From positions 32,001 through 96,000 of the forward strand of contig JAJPHT010000039.1 of the NCBI GenBank assembly GCA_021325135.1: a DNA stretch of 64,000 nucleotides, given 5' to 3'. Each line of letters opens with the position of its first letter. The stretch's first letter is position 1. This document shows, piece after piece, positions 36,333-46,378 of the stretch. The position numbers and the translations under genes were made by a program. This stretch comes from Pseudomonadota bacterium. Its GTDB lineage: Archaea > Thermoplasmatota > SW-10-69-26 > JACQPN01 > JAJPHT01. The notes below the pieces were generated by a model. That model had not been told where the DNA came from. It saw only the letters and a list, made by a program, of their open reading frames with translations, and did no database searches.

Positions 36333-37886
36333 TCACAAGGGAATGTTCCCATGCTTGCGCCAGGGGCGAGGCTCCTCCTTCGCGAGGCACGCCTCCAGGT
36401 TGGCGATGAGCTTGGCCCGCGTCTCCTGCGGCTCGATGACGTCGTCCACGTACCCCTTCTCCGCCGCGACGTAGGGGTTGGCGAAGTGCTCGCGGTAGTC
36501 CTCGACGACCTCGCGGCGCTTGGCGGCGGGGTCCGCGGCCTCCTTCAGCTCCTGCCGGTAGAGGATGTTCACCGCGCCTTCGGGGCCCATGACGGCGATC
36601 TCCGCGCCGGGCCACGCGGCGTTGTAGTCCGCGCGGACGTGCTTGCTGCTCATGACGTCGTAGGCCCCGCCGTAGGCCTTGCGCGTGATGACCGTGAGCT
36701 TGGGCACGGTGGCCTCGCAGTACGCGTAGAGGAGCTTCGCGCCCTGGCGGATGATGCCGCGGAACTCCTGGTCCGTCCCGGGGAGGAAGCCGGGCACGTC
36801 CACGAAGGTGACCAGCGGGATGTTGAACGCGTCGCAGAAGCGCACGAAGCGGCCCGCCTTGACGGAGGCCGCGATGTCCAGCACGCCCGCGAGCACCTTG
36901 GGCTGGTTGCCCACGACGCCCACGGCCTGGCCGTCGAGGCGCGCGAAGCCCACGACGATGTTCTTCGCGTAGTCGGCGTGGACCTCCAGGAAGCTGTCCT
37001 GGTCCACGACGCGCGAGATCACGTCTTTGATATCATAGGGCTTGTTGGGGTCGGCGGGCACGATCTTCGCCAGCTCGTCGGCCGCGCCTGGCGCCGGAGG
37101 GCGCGCCTCCACGAGGGGCGGGCGCTGGCCGTTGTTGCTGGGCAGGTAGGAGAGGAGGCGGCGGATGGTGAAGAGGGCGTCCTCCTCGTCGTCGCTGCGG
37201 AAGTGGGCGACGCCGCTCTTCTCGTTGTGCGTGTGCGCGCCGCCCAGCGTCTCGAAGTCCACCTCCTCGCCCGTGACGGTCTTGATGACGTCCGGGCCGG
37301 TGATGAACATGTGGGCGGTCTTGTCCGCCATGATGATGAAGTCGGTGATGGCGGGCGAGTAGACGGCGCCGCCCGCGCAGGGCCCGAGGATCGCGCTGAT
37401 CTGCGGGATGACGCCGCTGGAGACGGTGTTGCGCCAGAAGATCTCCGCGTAGCCGCCCAGCGCGTCCACGCCCTCCTGGATGCGCGCGCCGCCGCTGTCA
37501 TTGAGCCCGATGACCGGCGCGCCGTTCTTCAGCGCGAGGTCCATGATCTTGCAGATCTTCGCCGCGTGCGCGAGGCCCAGCGAGCCGCCGAAGACGGTGA
37601 AGTCCTGCGCGAAGACGTAGACGAGGCGGCCGTCCACCTTGCCGAAGCCGGTGACGACGCCGTCGCCCATGGGCTTGTTCTTGTCCATGCCGAAGCGCGT
37701 CGCCTGGTGGACGACGAACGCGTCGACCTCCTGGAACGTGCCCGCGTCCAGGAGCAGGTCGATGCGCTCGCGGGCGGTGAGCTTCCCCGAGGCGTGCTGC
37801 TTCTCGATGCGCGCGCGCCCGCCGCCGAGCCTCGTCTGCTCGCGCACCTTGCGCAGCTCGTTGACCTTCTCGTCGGAGGTCATCAC
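36333..37886 (-). CDS. pccB: Acyl-CoA (propionyl-CoA) carboxylase carboxyltransferase subunit
   Basis: [54 protein letters not shown]. Confidence 0.92.
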   Translation of the reverse strand: MMTSDEKVNELRKVREQTRLGGGRARIEKQHASGKLTARERIDLLLDAGTFQEVDAFVVHQATRFGMDKNKPMGDGVVTGFGKVDGRLVYVFAQDFTVFGGSLGLAHAAKICKIMDLALKNGAPVIGLNDSGGARIQEGVDALGGYAEIFWRNTVSSGVIPQISAILGPCAGGAVYSPAITDFIIMADKTAHMFITGPDVIKTVTGEEVDFETLGGAHTHNEKSGVAHFRSDDEEDALFTIRRLLSYLPSNNGQRPPLVEARPPAPGAADELAKIVPADPNKPYDIKDVISRVVDQDSFLEVHADYAKNIVVGFARLDGQAVGVVGNQPKVLAGVLDIAASVKAGRFVRFCDAFNIPLVTFVDVPGFLPGTDQEFRGIIRQGAKLLYAYCEATVPKLTVITRKAYGGAYDVMSSKHVRADYNAAWPGAEIAVMGPEGAVNILYRQELKEAADPAAKRREVVEDYREHFANPYVAAEKGYVDDVIEPQETRAKLIANLEACLAKEEPRPWRKHGNIPL

Positions 37887-37925
37887 GCGGCCAACGGGGG
37901 TGGGGCACTTGAAGCGTGCGGTGCC

Positions 37926-38360
37926 TCAGGGCCCTTCGAGGTGGCGCTGGAGGTGGCGGGCCGTCTCTTCGAGGTTCTTCCTCCCCATGCGCTGCATCAT
38001 CGGGCCCATGATCCGGAAGAGGCCCTTGGGGCGCATCTCGATCTCGTGGTCGATGCGCGTCTGGCCGCCCTGCGGCGTGAAGACGAACCGGTGCCCGCCC
38101 TCCAGCATCCTCATGTGCGGGACGATCCGCACGCGGCCGTTGCGCTCGAACTCCTCCAGCGTCTGCCGCACCTTGCCGAACCCCTTGATCTCCAGCTCGA
38201 AGCGCGAGCCCTCCGCGATCTCGCCCTCGTCGAGCCTGCGCGCGCTGGGATTCCGGGGGTTCCACTCGGGAAAGCGCTCGACGTGGATCACGGCCTCGAA
38301 GACGTCCTGCACGGGGCGCCGGATCACCTGGCTCATCCGGAAGACCGCGATGCCCATCAC
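37926..38360 (-). CDS. SRPBCC (polyketide cyclase 2) family protein
   Basis: IRRPVQDVFE..FPEWNP; C-terminal helix. Confidence 0.8.
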   Translation of the reverse strand: MMGIAVFRMSQVIRRPVQDVFEAVIHVERFPEWNPRNPSARRLDEGEIAEGSRFELEIKGFGKVRQTLEEFERNGRVRIVPHMRMLEGGHRFVFTPQGGQTRIDHEIEMRPKGLFRIMGPMMQRMGRKNLEETARHLQRHLEGP

Positions 38361-38750
38361 CTACTTCGGCTCGCTCTTCCAGGCCGCGAGGATGGGCCCG
38401 CCCGGGACCTTGAACCAGAAGAACGTCCCCATGCCTGGGATGGTCGTCCGCGGGAGCACGATCTCCCCGCCGCCGCGCTTCACCTTCTCCAGCGCCGCGT
38501 CCACGTCCTCCACCGTGACGTAGCTCATGCTGCCCGGGGACTCGCTCTTCTGCGTCGGCCGGATGCCGCCGCGGGCGCCGCCGGGGCTCTGGAACGCGTG
38601 GTAGTCGCCCCCGGGCCCCCGGAGCGTCTCGAAGGTCCAGCCGAAGGTCGTCTCCAGGAACCTGCGCGTGGCGGCCGGGTCCGCGCTCGCAAGCTCGGTG
38701 TGCCCCAGGCCGTTGGCCGGCTGCTCGGGCGTCGTCGTGGGTCGCGTCAT
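38361..38750 (-). CDS. VOC/glyoxalase family protein
   Basis: HTELASADP..FGW, YVTVEDVD, GGEIV..IPGMG. Confidence 0.88.
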   Translation of the reverse strand: MTRPTTTPEQPANGLGHTELASADPAATRRFLETTFGWTFETLRGPGGDYHAFQSPGGARGGIRPTQKSESPGSMSYVTVEDVDAALEKVKRGGGEIVLPRTTIPGMGTFFWFKVPGGPILAAWKSEPK

Positions 38751-38812
38751 CGTCGCACCTTTCGCCTGCCAGGCTCCGAAAACCCATAAAGCGCCCAGGG
38801 TCTGCCCGGATA

Positions 38813-39220
38813 GTGCCCCGGAAGGCAGGTCGTCCCCGCCGGGCGGACGCGCCCCCCGCGCCGCCCAAGAGCCCCGTCGTCAAGGGCGAGTTCGGGGTGT
38901 TCGGCCACAAGTGGGCGCTTGCGATCCTCCAGGACGTCGCGTTCTCGAAGCTCACCCGCTTCGGCGAGATCCTGAGGAGCAATCCCGGCCTGACCCCGCG
39001 CGTCCTGTCCCGCCGCCTCGCCGAGATGTGCGAGCAGGGCATCCTGACGAAGGAGGGGGACCGGCAGCACGCGCGTTATCGTCTCACCCCCAAGGGGGAG
39101 GACGCGGCGTTCATCCTGCTGGCGCTCCTGCGCTACGGCGTCCGGCACGGCCCGACGGACCCCGCCATGGACGACCCTGCCAGAAAGAGCCTATCCCCGG
39201 CGAGCGAGCCGGAGGCATGA
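38813..39220 (+). CDS. HxlR-family winged-helix regulator
   Basis: KWALAIL, RFGEI..PGLTPRVLSRRL, YRLTPKG. Confidence 0.88.
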   Translation: MPRKAGRPRRADAPPAPPKSPVVKGEFGVFGHKWALAILQDVAFSKLTRFGEILRSNPGLTPRVLSRRLAEMCEQGILTKEGDRQHARYRLTPKGEDAAFILLALLRYGVRHGPTDPAMDDPARKSLSPASEPEA

Positions 39221-39423
39221 TCGAGCCCGGCCCCGGCGTCCCCGACACGCCCGAGGAGCTTCTCCTCGCGCAGCGCAACGCGTTCCTGGAGTCCCTCTCC
39301 ATCGAGGCCAAGGAGCGCTTCCTGGACGCGCTCACGGGCGCCAAGGAGCGGGGGCTCTCGGACAAGGCCGCGTGGGAAGAGGCCGTCGTCGCGGCGGAGA
39401 CGACCTACGCGGCAGAACGCTGA
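39217..39423 (+). CDS. Small hypothetical protein
   Basis: ATGA-coupled to the HxlR gene; GC3-biased. Confidence 0.6.
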   Translation: MIEPGPGVPDTPEELLLAQRNAFLESLSIEAKERFLDALTGAKERGLSDKAAWEEAVVAAETTYAAER

Positions 39424-39448
39424 TACGCGCGGCCCCGATGGAGCGTCC

Positions 39449-40069
39449 ATGGCGGACGAGCACGACCACGATCACGACCACGGCACCCTGCATTTCCTTG
39501 GCGCCGAGGTCCACGACGAGACGCTGGAGATGCTCCGCCCGCTGCACCCCGCCCTCGCGGAGAACCTGGCGCTGACGCGCGCCTGGGCCACCCTCTCCGA
39601 GGAGGATCGCAAGCGCGCGCCCGAGACGCAGCGCAAGGTGGAGCACTTCGAAGGGTGGACGCCGGGCTATCATTCTCCGGGCGACAGGTGCGCGACCTGC
39701 GGCGGCATGGTGGGGCCCCTGTACGTGGACCGCTTCCAGGAGGGCACGCTGGCCTACGCGCCGTTCATCTCCAACCTGCCCGTGCACCCCACGCAGGCGT
39801 GCCTCGACGGGTTCCGCAAGGCGAGGCCCGACCTCTCGCCCCGCGCCGTGGACCTCGCCCGGCGGCAGCTGACCAAGGACCTCGCGCGCCCCAGCGCCGG
39901 CATGTCGCAGTTCTTCCGCCACGACGTGCTGCTCCACCCGCCCTTCGGCCTGGAGGACTGGGGCAACTCCGTGCTGGAGGCCAACCCCAAGGGGCTCGAC
40001 AAGCCGACGCTCAAGGACATGCAGCGGCTCGTCGAGTGGGTCCACGCGCGGCTGTTCCACGGCCACTGA
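39449..40069 (+). CDS. Hypothetical protein (His-rich N-terminus, CxxC...HxxxxC)
   Basis: MADEHDHDHDH, CATC, HPTQAC. Confidence 0.7.
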   Translation: MADEHDHDHDHGTLHFLGAEVHDETLEMLRPLHPALAENLALTRAWATLSEEDRKRAPETQRKVEHFEGWTPGYHSPGDRCATCGGMVGPLYVDRFQEGTLAYAPFISNLPVHPTQACLDGFRKARPDLSPRAVDLARRQLTKDLARPSAGMSQFFRHDVLLHPPFGLEDWGNSVLEANPKGLDKPTLKDMQRLVEWVHARLFHGH

Positions 40070-40123
40070 GCATCACTTTCCTGGCGCATCCAACAAGGAC
40101 AGGACAGGGACGCGTCGAGCAGG

Positions 40124-40582
40124 GTGTCGGCGACCCCCATGCTCGCGAACCCCCGAACCCTCCCCGCCCTGCTGCTGACCTCCCTCGTCGCGCTCTCCGG
40201 CGCCGCCATGGCCGACGCCTCCCTTGCTGGCCTCGTGGACGTGGACGCCTCCGCCCACGTGGACGCCTCCGGCGCGCAGGCCCTCGTCGAGGGCGCCGTC
40301 GAGGACGCGCATGCTGCTGCGGACCGCACGCAGGCCGACGCCCAGGCGCACGTCGAGGCCGGCGCCTCGGCCGCGACCGGCGCGAAGGCCCACGCGGAGT
40401 CCGGCCTTCAGGCGAACCTCCACGCCTTGGGCGCGTGGCTGCGCGGCCTCTTCGGCGCGGCGCAGGAGACCAAGGCCGAGGTCTCCGCCCAGGTCCAGAC
40501 CCCTGAGGTGCCCCAGCCCCCGCAGCCCCCGGTGGGCCTCCTTGCGTCGATCCAGGCCGGCCTGGGCGCGCTCCTTCATTAG
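40124..40582 (+). CDS. Secreted Ala-rich hypothetical protein
   Basis: Signal peptide ending GAAMA; start uncertain (40124 or 40139). Confidence 0.6.
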   Translation: MSATPMLANPRTLPALLLTSLVALSGAAMADASLAGLVDVDASAHVDASGAQALVEGAVEDAHAAADRTQADAQAHVEAGASAATGAKAHAESGLQANLHALGAWLRGLFGAAQETKAEVSAQVQTPEVPQPPQPPVGLLASIQAGLGALLH

Positions 40583-40659
40583 GCGCGGAGGGTGACCCTT
40601 CGAAGTCCGCAACAACCCCCTTATAGCCCCGCGCACAGGACTGCGCGTCGAGGACTGCC

Positions 40660-41229
40660 ATGCGAACCTCGAACCTCCTCATCACCCTCCTTGCCTTGGC
40701 CCTCGCCGTCGTCGGCGGGGTCGCGGCGTTCGCTGCCGCCACGGGCAACGAGTCCGCGGACGACCATCCCGGCGCCCGCGGCCCGCACGACAACGAGACC
40801 AACGAGACGCCCGAGAACCACACCGCGCCCCACCCGCACAACGAGACGGACGAGAAGGCGCGCCACGACGAGCTTGAGCAGGCCCGCCACGACGCCATCG
40901 AGTCGTTCCGCGAGAACCGCAGCGCGGCCATCAAGGACTACCTCGCGGCGCTCAACGCGACGCGGACCAGCTTCCTGGAGAACAAGACCAAGGTCATCGA
41001 CGACTGCCGCGCGCAGCACAACGCGACCAAGGACAACGAGACCGAGCGCGGCGCGTTCGGCCACTGCGTCCAGGACGGCCTGAAGCCCCTCATCGAGAAG
41101 GCGCACGCCGAGATCAAGGCCGCGCAGGACGCGCTCCGCGAGAAGCTCCTCTCGTTCCGCGGCCACGCGCTGGGCAAGTTCTTCCACGACCGCGATTTCA
41201 TCAACGTGCGCCACGGCCACCACGGGTGA
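40660..41229 (+). CDS. Secreted helical His-rich protein
   Basis: Signal peptide; many N-x-T/S sequons; Cys pair. Confidence 0.7.
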   Translation: MRTSNLLITLLALALAVVGGVAAFAAATGNESADDHPGARGPHDNETNETPENHTAPHPHNETDEKARHDELEQARHDAIESFRENRSAAIKDYLAALNATRTSFLENKTKVIDDCRAQHNATKDNETERGAFGHCVQDGLKPLIEKAHAEIKAAQDALREKLLSFRGHALGKFFHDRDFINVRHGHHG

Positions 41230-41235
41230 GCCCGG

Positions 41236-41631
41236 TTGAGGCTCCCCTACGCGCTCCTGGCGGGGGCGCTCCTCGCGCTCCCGCTCGCGCACGCGCAGGC
41301 CGACAACTCCACCTCGGACCCCACGGTGAACCAGAGCGACTTCGACACGTCGCCGCCCCCCGCGGACGACGCGTACCTCAACGACACGAACGCGACCGCG
41401 CAGGACAACGCGACGGACAACGGCACCGCGGCCGCGGACCCGACGCTGAGCGACTCGGACCTCGACACGTCCATCCCCAGCGACGACCTCTCGTGGCTCA
41501 ACGACAGCGCCGACGCGGGCCCCAGCTCGGCGGGCCCTGCCACGGCGGCCCGCGCGACGCCGGGCTTCGACGCCCTCGCCGTCGCGGGCGCCGCGCTCGT
41601 CGCGGTCCTCGTCGCCGGCCGGCGCCGCTGA
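41236..41631 (+). CDS. PGF-CTERM archaeosortase-substrate surface protein (acidic, low complexity)
   Basis: Signal peptide; DPT...SD.DTS.P.DD repeated twice; TPGFDALAVAGAALVAVLVAGRRR. Confidence 0.8.
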   Translation: MRLPYALLAGALLALPLAHAQADNSTSDPTVNQSDFDTSPPPADDAYLNDTNATAQDNATDNGTAAADPTLSDSDLDTSIPSDDLSWLNDSADAGPSSAGPATAARATPGFDALAVAGAALVAVLVAGRRR

Positions 41632-41715
41632 TCGCGCCCCCCGCGGGGCTTTTCACTCCCCGCGGGCGCTCCTTGTTCGAAAAGGGCTTATCAACCGGGG
41701 GTGATGGCTGGGGCG

Positions 41716-42504
41716 ATGGCCGACTTCCAGCTCATCAAGACCAAGGTCGAGGACAACATCGGCACCCTCACCCTGGCCTCGCCCCCGGTCAACGCCCTCT
41801 CCCCCGCCGTCCTCAAGGAGATCCAGGCGGCGCTGGAGCAGTTCAAGGCCCAGAAGGTCCGCGCCGTCATCGTCACCGGCTCGGGCGCCAACGCGTTCTG
41901 CGCGGGCGCCGACGTGAAGGCGATGCGCGACTTCGAGACGGCGCCCGACAAGGCCGCCGAGTTCCTCCAGCTTGGCGTGGACACCTTCAACGCCATCGAG
42001 AACTTCCCCGCGCCCGTCCTCTGCGCCATCAACAACCTGACGCTGGGCGGCGGCCTGGAGCTGGCCCTCTCGTGCGACATCCGCATCAGCAGCGACCGCG
42101 CCCGCTTCGGCCTGCCCGAGGTCACGCTGGGCCTCATCCCCTCGTGGGGCGGCACCGCGCGCCTGCCCCGCGTCGTGGGCGTGGGCAACGCGAAGGAGAT
42201 CATCTACACGGGCCAGCTCATCAACGCGCAGCAGGCCAACAAGATCGGCCTCGTCAACAAGGTCGTCCCCGACGGCGACGAGGTCCGCGCCGCGCTGGAC
42301 ATCGCGAAGCGCGTCGCCAGCAAGGCCTCCCCCGTCGCGGTGCGCAACGCCAAGCAGGCCATCAACGAGGGCGTCGGCGTCCCCCTGGAGCAGGCCCTCG
42401 CGGCCTCCGAGAAGGTCATGGGCGAGGTCATGACCTCCTCCGACCTCAAGGAGGGCATCAAGGCGTTCATCGAGAAGCGGCCGCCGGCCTTCAAGGGCGA
42501 GTGA
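41716..42504 (+). CDS. Enoyl-CoA hydratase/crotonase
   Basis: AFCAGAD, GGGLELAL.CDIRI, GLPEVTLGLIP.WGGT.RL. Confidence 0.93.
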   Translation: MADFQLIKTKVEDNIGTLTLASPPVNALSPAVLKEIQAALEQFKAQKVRAVIVTGSGANAFCAGADVKAMRDFETAPDKAAEFLQLGVDTFNAIENFPAPVLCAINNLTLGGGLELALSCDIRISSDRARFGLPEVTLGLIPSWGGTARLPRVVGVGNAKEIIYTGQLINAQQANKIGLVNKVVPDGDEVRAALDIAKRVASKASPVAVRNAKQAINEGVGVPLEQALAASEKVMGEVMTSSDLKEGIKAFIEKRPPAFKGE

Positions 42505-42588
42505 AGGCCCCAGCCTGAGGCCGCCCGCGGACGGGACCCGCCTCGGGGGGTCCGAGTCTTCATCCTGCAGCGCGCCGATGCGGGGCCG

Positions 42589-43287
42589 ATGATCGCCCGC
42601 GTGAAGGTCCTGCAGTCCCGGCGCCTCACGCCCACGACGCACGCGATCCGCATCGAGCGTCCCCGCGGGTTCGAGTTCCGCCCCGTGCAGTTCGTGGGGC
42701 TGGAGATCGAGACGGACGAGGGCAGCGTGGAGTACCCCATGTCCATGGCCTCCTCGCCGACGCGCGACTGGATCGAGTTCGGCGCGCGCGTCGCGTCGGG
42801 CTCCCCGTGGAAGCGCGCCTTCGCGGCGCTGCGGCCCGGCGACACGGTGGAGATCGACGGCCCCTACGGCCGCTTCGTGCTGGACGAGACGCGCCCCGCC
42901 GTCTTCGTGGCCGGCGGCATCGGCATCACGCCGCTCAAGGGCATGATGGAGTACGCGACCGACAAGGCGCTGCCTCTTGATATCACGCTCCTCTACAGCA
43001 ATCGCACGCCGGAGGAGATCGCGTTCCGCGAGGAGATCGACGCGCTGGCGGCGCGCAACCCGCGCCTCCGCGTCGTCCACACCCTCACGCGCGCCGCGGC
43101 GGGGTGGGCTGGCCGCGTGGGCCGCATCGACGAGGCGCTGCTGCGCGAGGCCGCGAAGGGGCTCCGCGATCCGGCGTTCTACGTCTGCGGCCTGCCCGCC
43201 ATGGTGGAGGACATGGAGCGGCACCTGGCGGCCATGGGCGTTCCTCCGGCCCGGGTCGTCTCCGAGGAGTTCTACGGCTACGGGTAG
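42589..43287 (+). CDS. FNR-like FAD/NAD(P)-binding oxidoreductase
   Basis: SMASSP, GPYGRF, AGGIGITP, YVCG, EEF. Confidence 0.88.
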   Translation: MIARVKVLQSRRLTPTTHAIRIERPRGFEFRPVQFVGLEIETDEGSVEYPMSMASSPTRDWIEFGARVASGSPWKRAFAALRPGDTVEIDGPYGRFVLDETRPAVFVAGGIGITPLKGMMEYATDKALPLDITLLYSNRTPEEIAFREEIDALAARNPRLRVVHTLTRAAAGWAGRVGRIDEALLREAAKGLRDPAFYVCGLPAMVEDMERHLAAMGVPPARVVSEEFYGYG

Positions 43288-43359
43288 CCCATCGGCCAAG
43301 CCTCGACCAAGAACCCTTAAATCGCCCTGTCTGGAGTGCGCGGCATCCGAGGCCACCCC

Positions 43360-45165
43360 ATGCGCCGCGCCCTGCTCCTCGTCCTCGCCTTCGCGATGCT
43401 CTCCCCCGTCCTGGCCGGTTGCCTGGGCTCCAGCGGGCCCGCCGCCACGGCGGGGCAGGGCGCCGCCGCGCCCGCGTCGCTCAAGGACCTCGCGGCGAAG
43501 GCCGCCAAGGCCACGCTGGACAACGCGGACGGCACGCGCACCTTCCAGTACGAGGGGCAGACGCAGGGCGGCTACTCGGCCATCCTCGTCACGCGCGGCG
43601 TCAAGGACCCGCTGCTCGCGGACACGTTCCAGGTGGACAACCGGGTGGGCTACGTCGAGGTCAACGTCACCATGGACGCCTCGCAGGGCAACAGCGTCGC
43701 GGCGGAGATCATCGACGACGCGGGCAAGGTCCAGTGCGGTGCGCTGAGCTTCATGGCCAACCCCACCTGCACCGTCCCCGTCCCGGGCAACATGACCACG
43801 AAGAAGGACTGGAAGGTCCAGGTCATCACGGGCTACCCCACCTCCACCGCGCCGGTGGAGACGCCGGGCCAGGCGTTCAAGCTCGCCGTCACGCTCCACC
43901 TCCCCAGCCAGGTCACGCGCGGCGACCCCCTTGCGGGCACCGACCCCGCGATCCTCTTCCGCACCTCCGACACGGGCCTGGGCGGCGGCGAGGACAACGT
44001 GGGCGTGCTCCCCGACGGCAGCGTGTGGACGCAGGCCAACACGGCCACGCTCAAGAGCACCGACGACGGCAAGACGTGGAAGGACGTCGGCCCCGCGAGC
44101 ACGAGCCAGGCCACCTTCGACCCCATGCTCTACGTCGACGCGCCGCGCAACACCGTGTACGTCGACCAGCTCTACATCGGGTGCAGCGTCCTCGCGTGGT
44201 CCTCCGACGCGGGCGCCTCGTGGACCTCCAACCCCGCCGCGTGCGGCGGCCCCGGCGACGACCACCAGAAGATCGGCGTCGGCCCCAACCCCACGCCCGC
44301 GCCTTTCCCCGCGGTCTACTACTCCTACTCCAGCTTCGCCAAGGGCGTCTGGGTGTCGCGCTCCATCGACGGGGGCATGACGTTCACCACGACGCCGGTC
44401 GTGGGCGTGAGCGACGGCCGGGCCTACGCCAACGACGGCCCCGTGATCGCGGACGACAAGGGCAACGTGTACGTGCCGCTCTACATGTGCGACAACGGCG
44501 GCTACATGGGCGTCGGCGTCTCCAACGACTACGGCATGACGTTCAGCTTCGTCGAGGTCGACAAGACGAAGGAGGCGTGCAGCGACGTGGACCCGGGCCT
44601 CGCCGTCGACGCCGCGGGCAACGCGTACCTCGCCTACCACCGCGCGGACGGCATCCGCTACTCGTTCAGCAAGGACCACGGCAAGACGTGGAGCGCGCCC
44701 GTCACCGTGAGCCCGCCCACGCAGAAGAGCTTCGTGCACGTGGACGCCGTCGCGGGCGACGCGGGCCGCCTCGCCATCGTGTACCGCGCGACCAGCGACA
44801 GCGCGAAGGGCCCCGACAACGCGGACGGCTGGGCCTCGTGGTACCTCTACACCGCCTTCGTGGAGAACGCCACCGACAACGCCACGCGCAGCGTGAAGGT
44901 CGCCATGGTCACGCCGCCCGAGGACATCCAGCAGCGCGGTCCCATGTGCAGCCAGGGCGTCGCGTGCGTCACCGCGCGCAACCTCCTGGACTTCATCGAC
45001 GTCGCCGCGGGCCCCGACGGGCGCGTCTACATCTCGTATAGCGACGGCTGCAAGGACCCGTGCGCGATGCCCGCCAACAGCCGCGGCGCGGAAGGCATGG
45101 TCGCGGTCGAGGACTTCGGGCCCCGCCTCTTCGAGCACGGCGCGCCGTGGGCGGCGAAGCACTAG
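43360..45165 (+). CDS. BNR/Asp-box (sialidase-like) lipoprotein
   Basis: LAGC lipobox; STDDGKTW, SIDGGMTF, SKDHGKTW. Confidence 0.8.
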   Translation: MRRALLLVLAFAMLSPVLAGCLGSSGPAATAGQGAAAPASLKDLAAKAAKATLDNADGTRTFQYEGQTQGGYSAILVTRGVKDPLLADTFQVDNRVGYVEVNVTMDASQGNSVAAEIIDDAGKVQCGALSFMANPTCTVPVPGNMTTKKDWKVQVITGYPTSTAPVETPGQAFKLAVTLHLPSQVTRGDPLAGTDPAILFRTSDTGLGGGEDNVGVLPDGSVWTQANTATLKSTDDGKTWKDVGPASTSQATFDPMLYVDAPRNTVYVDQLYIGCSVLAWSSDAGASWTSNPAACGGPGDDHQKIGVGPNPTPAPFPAVYYSYSSFAKGVWVSRSIDGGMTFTTTPVVGVSDGRAYANDGPVIADDKGNVYVPLYMCDNGGYMGVGVSNDYGMTFSFVEVDKTKEACSDVDPGLAVDAAGNAYLAYHRADGIRYSFSKDHGKTWSAPVTVSPPTQKSFVHVDAVAGDAGRLAIVYRATSDSAKGPDNADGWASWYLYTAFVENATDNATRSVKVAMVTPPEDIQQRGPMCSQGVACVTARNLLDFIDVAAGPDGRVYISYSDGCKDPCAMPANSRGAEGMVAVEDFGPRLFEHGAPWAAKH

Positions 45166-45185
45166 CCATTCTGCTTGGCGCTCCT

Positions 45186-45293
45186 GGGGGCTCCGCCCCC
45201 TTTCCCCCCGGGAGCCCGCGAATCTCCGAATCACGGAATCTCCGCGGGGATTCTGAGATTCGGAGATTCGGGTGTTGGAGGGGCGGAGCCTCC
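45186..45293. repeat. Nested inverted repeat: REP-like outer arms enclosing 3+3 GAATC/GATTC units
   Basis: GGCTCCGCCCC...GGGGCGGAGCC outer arms; CGAATCTCCGAATC (45219-45232) pairs perfectly with GATTCGGAGATTCG (45257-45270). Confidence 0.8.
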
Positions 45294-45413
45294 GGCATGG
45301 GCAGGGCCGAGAGGGCGGACCCCTCGCTGCGGCCTGACCCCGCCAGCGCGGCGTTGTTCGTGTTTTCCATACAACCATCCCCTGAAAGGGGACGGCCTAC
45401 GGAGCGAAGCTGC

Positions 45414-45701
45414 ATGGCGGAACGTCTTCCGAGACCCGCGACCGCGATCTCCGACCCCCTCAACGCCCCGCTGCCCGTCTTCCGCCAGGCGCCCCCCACG
45501 GCCGGGGAGAACGACCTGCACGAGCTTCGGGTCCGGATCCCGGTCGACCTCCACCGGCAGCTCCTCTCCCTCAAGGTCCTCCGAGGGCGGAGCCTGGCCG
45601 AGACGGTCGCGCTGGCCTTGGACATCTACTTCGCCAACCACGGCAAGTCGGCGCCCCACGACGAGGAAGCGCCCAACGAGGCGCGCGCGCCCGAGCCGTG
45701 A
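45414..45701 (+). CDS. Ribbon-helix-helix DNA-binding protein (similar to 8974-9210)
   Basis: HELRVRIPVDLHRQLLSLKVLRGRSLAETVALALDIYF. Confidence 0.7.
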   Translation: MAERLPRPATAISDPLNAPLPVFRQAPPTAGENDLHELRVRIPVDLHRQLLSLKVLRGRSLAETVALALDIYFANHGKSAPHDEEAPNEARAPEP

Positions 45702-45710
45702 CCGGGCCTT

Positions 45711-46331
45711 TCACGCGCGCAGCCGCGCGAACCAGTTGTCCGGGAGCCACGTCGCCCCCTTGGAGAGCCGCTCCCCCGCCACGCGGACGTGGGTGAACCC
45801 CGCCGCGCGGCAGTCGGCGGCCAGCTCCCAGGGCTGGTAGAAGTGGTAGTAGCGCGCGACGTCGCCCCAGGGCACGTCCGCGTCCGCCTTGGCCCAGCCG
45901 GAGAGCGTGCCGTCGCGGTAGCGGCTCCACACCGTGACCAGCGCCTCGGAGCCTGGCCGCAGCACGCGGCGCATCTCCGCCAGGGCCCCCAGACGCGCGA
46001 GGCGCCCCGGGATGCAGTGCAGGCCCGCGACGAAGAGGGCGCCGTCGAAGGACGCGCTCCGGAAGGGCAGGTCGCGGGCGTCCGCCTGCACGCACGCCAG
46101 GCCGCGCTCGCGGGCGAAGGCCAAGAGCGAGCGCGAGAAGTCCGCGGCCGCCACGTCCGCGCCCGCCTTCTGCGCGACGACGCCGTGGCGCCCGTTCCCC
46201 GCCGCGAGGTCCAGCACCCGGGCGCCGGGAGCGAACGCGCCGGCGAAGCGGGCGACCTCGGGCCACGCGCGGCGGCGGGCGCGCTCCCACGCGTCCGCGA
46301 GGCCTTCCCACTGGGCGCGCGTGTCGGGCAC
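45711..46331 (-). CDS. Class I SAM-dependent methyltransferase (Trm9-like)
   Basis: VLDLAAGNGRH, ADARDLPF, LHCIP, RYYHFY. Confidence 0.82.
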   Translation of the reverse strand: MPDTRAQWEGLADAWERARRRAWPEVARFAGAFAPGARVLDLAAGNGRHGVVAQKAGADVAAADFSRSLLAFARERGLACVQADARDLPFRSASFDGALFVAGLHCIPGRLARLGALAEMRRVLRPGSEALVTVWSRYRDGTLSGWAKADADVPWGDVARYYHFYQPWELAADCRAAGFTHVRVAGERLSKGATWLPDNWFARLRA

Positions 46332-46378
46332 GAAGGGGGAGGGCGTCTGGCCCGGTGTCTTCCTTTCGGCTGGTCCGC

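Noticed and set aside
45219-45270. CRISPR mini-array
   Set aside because: Units are ~8 bp with no spacers and there are no cas genes
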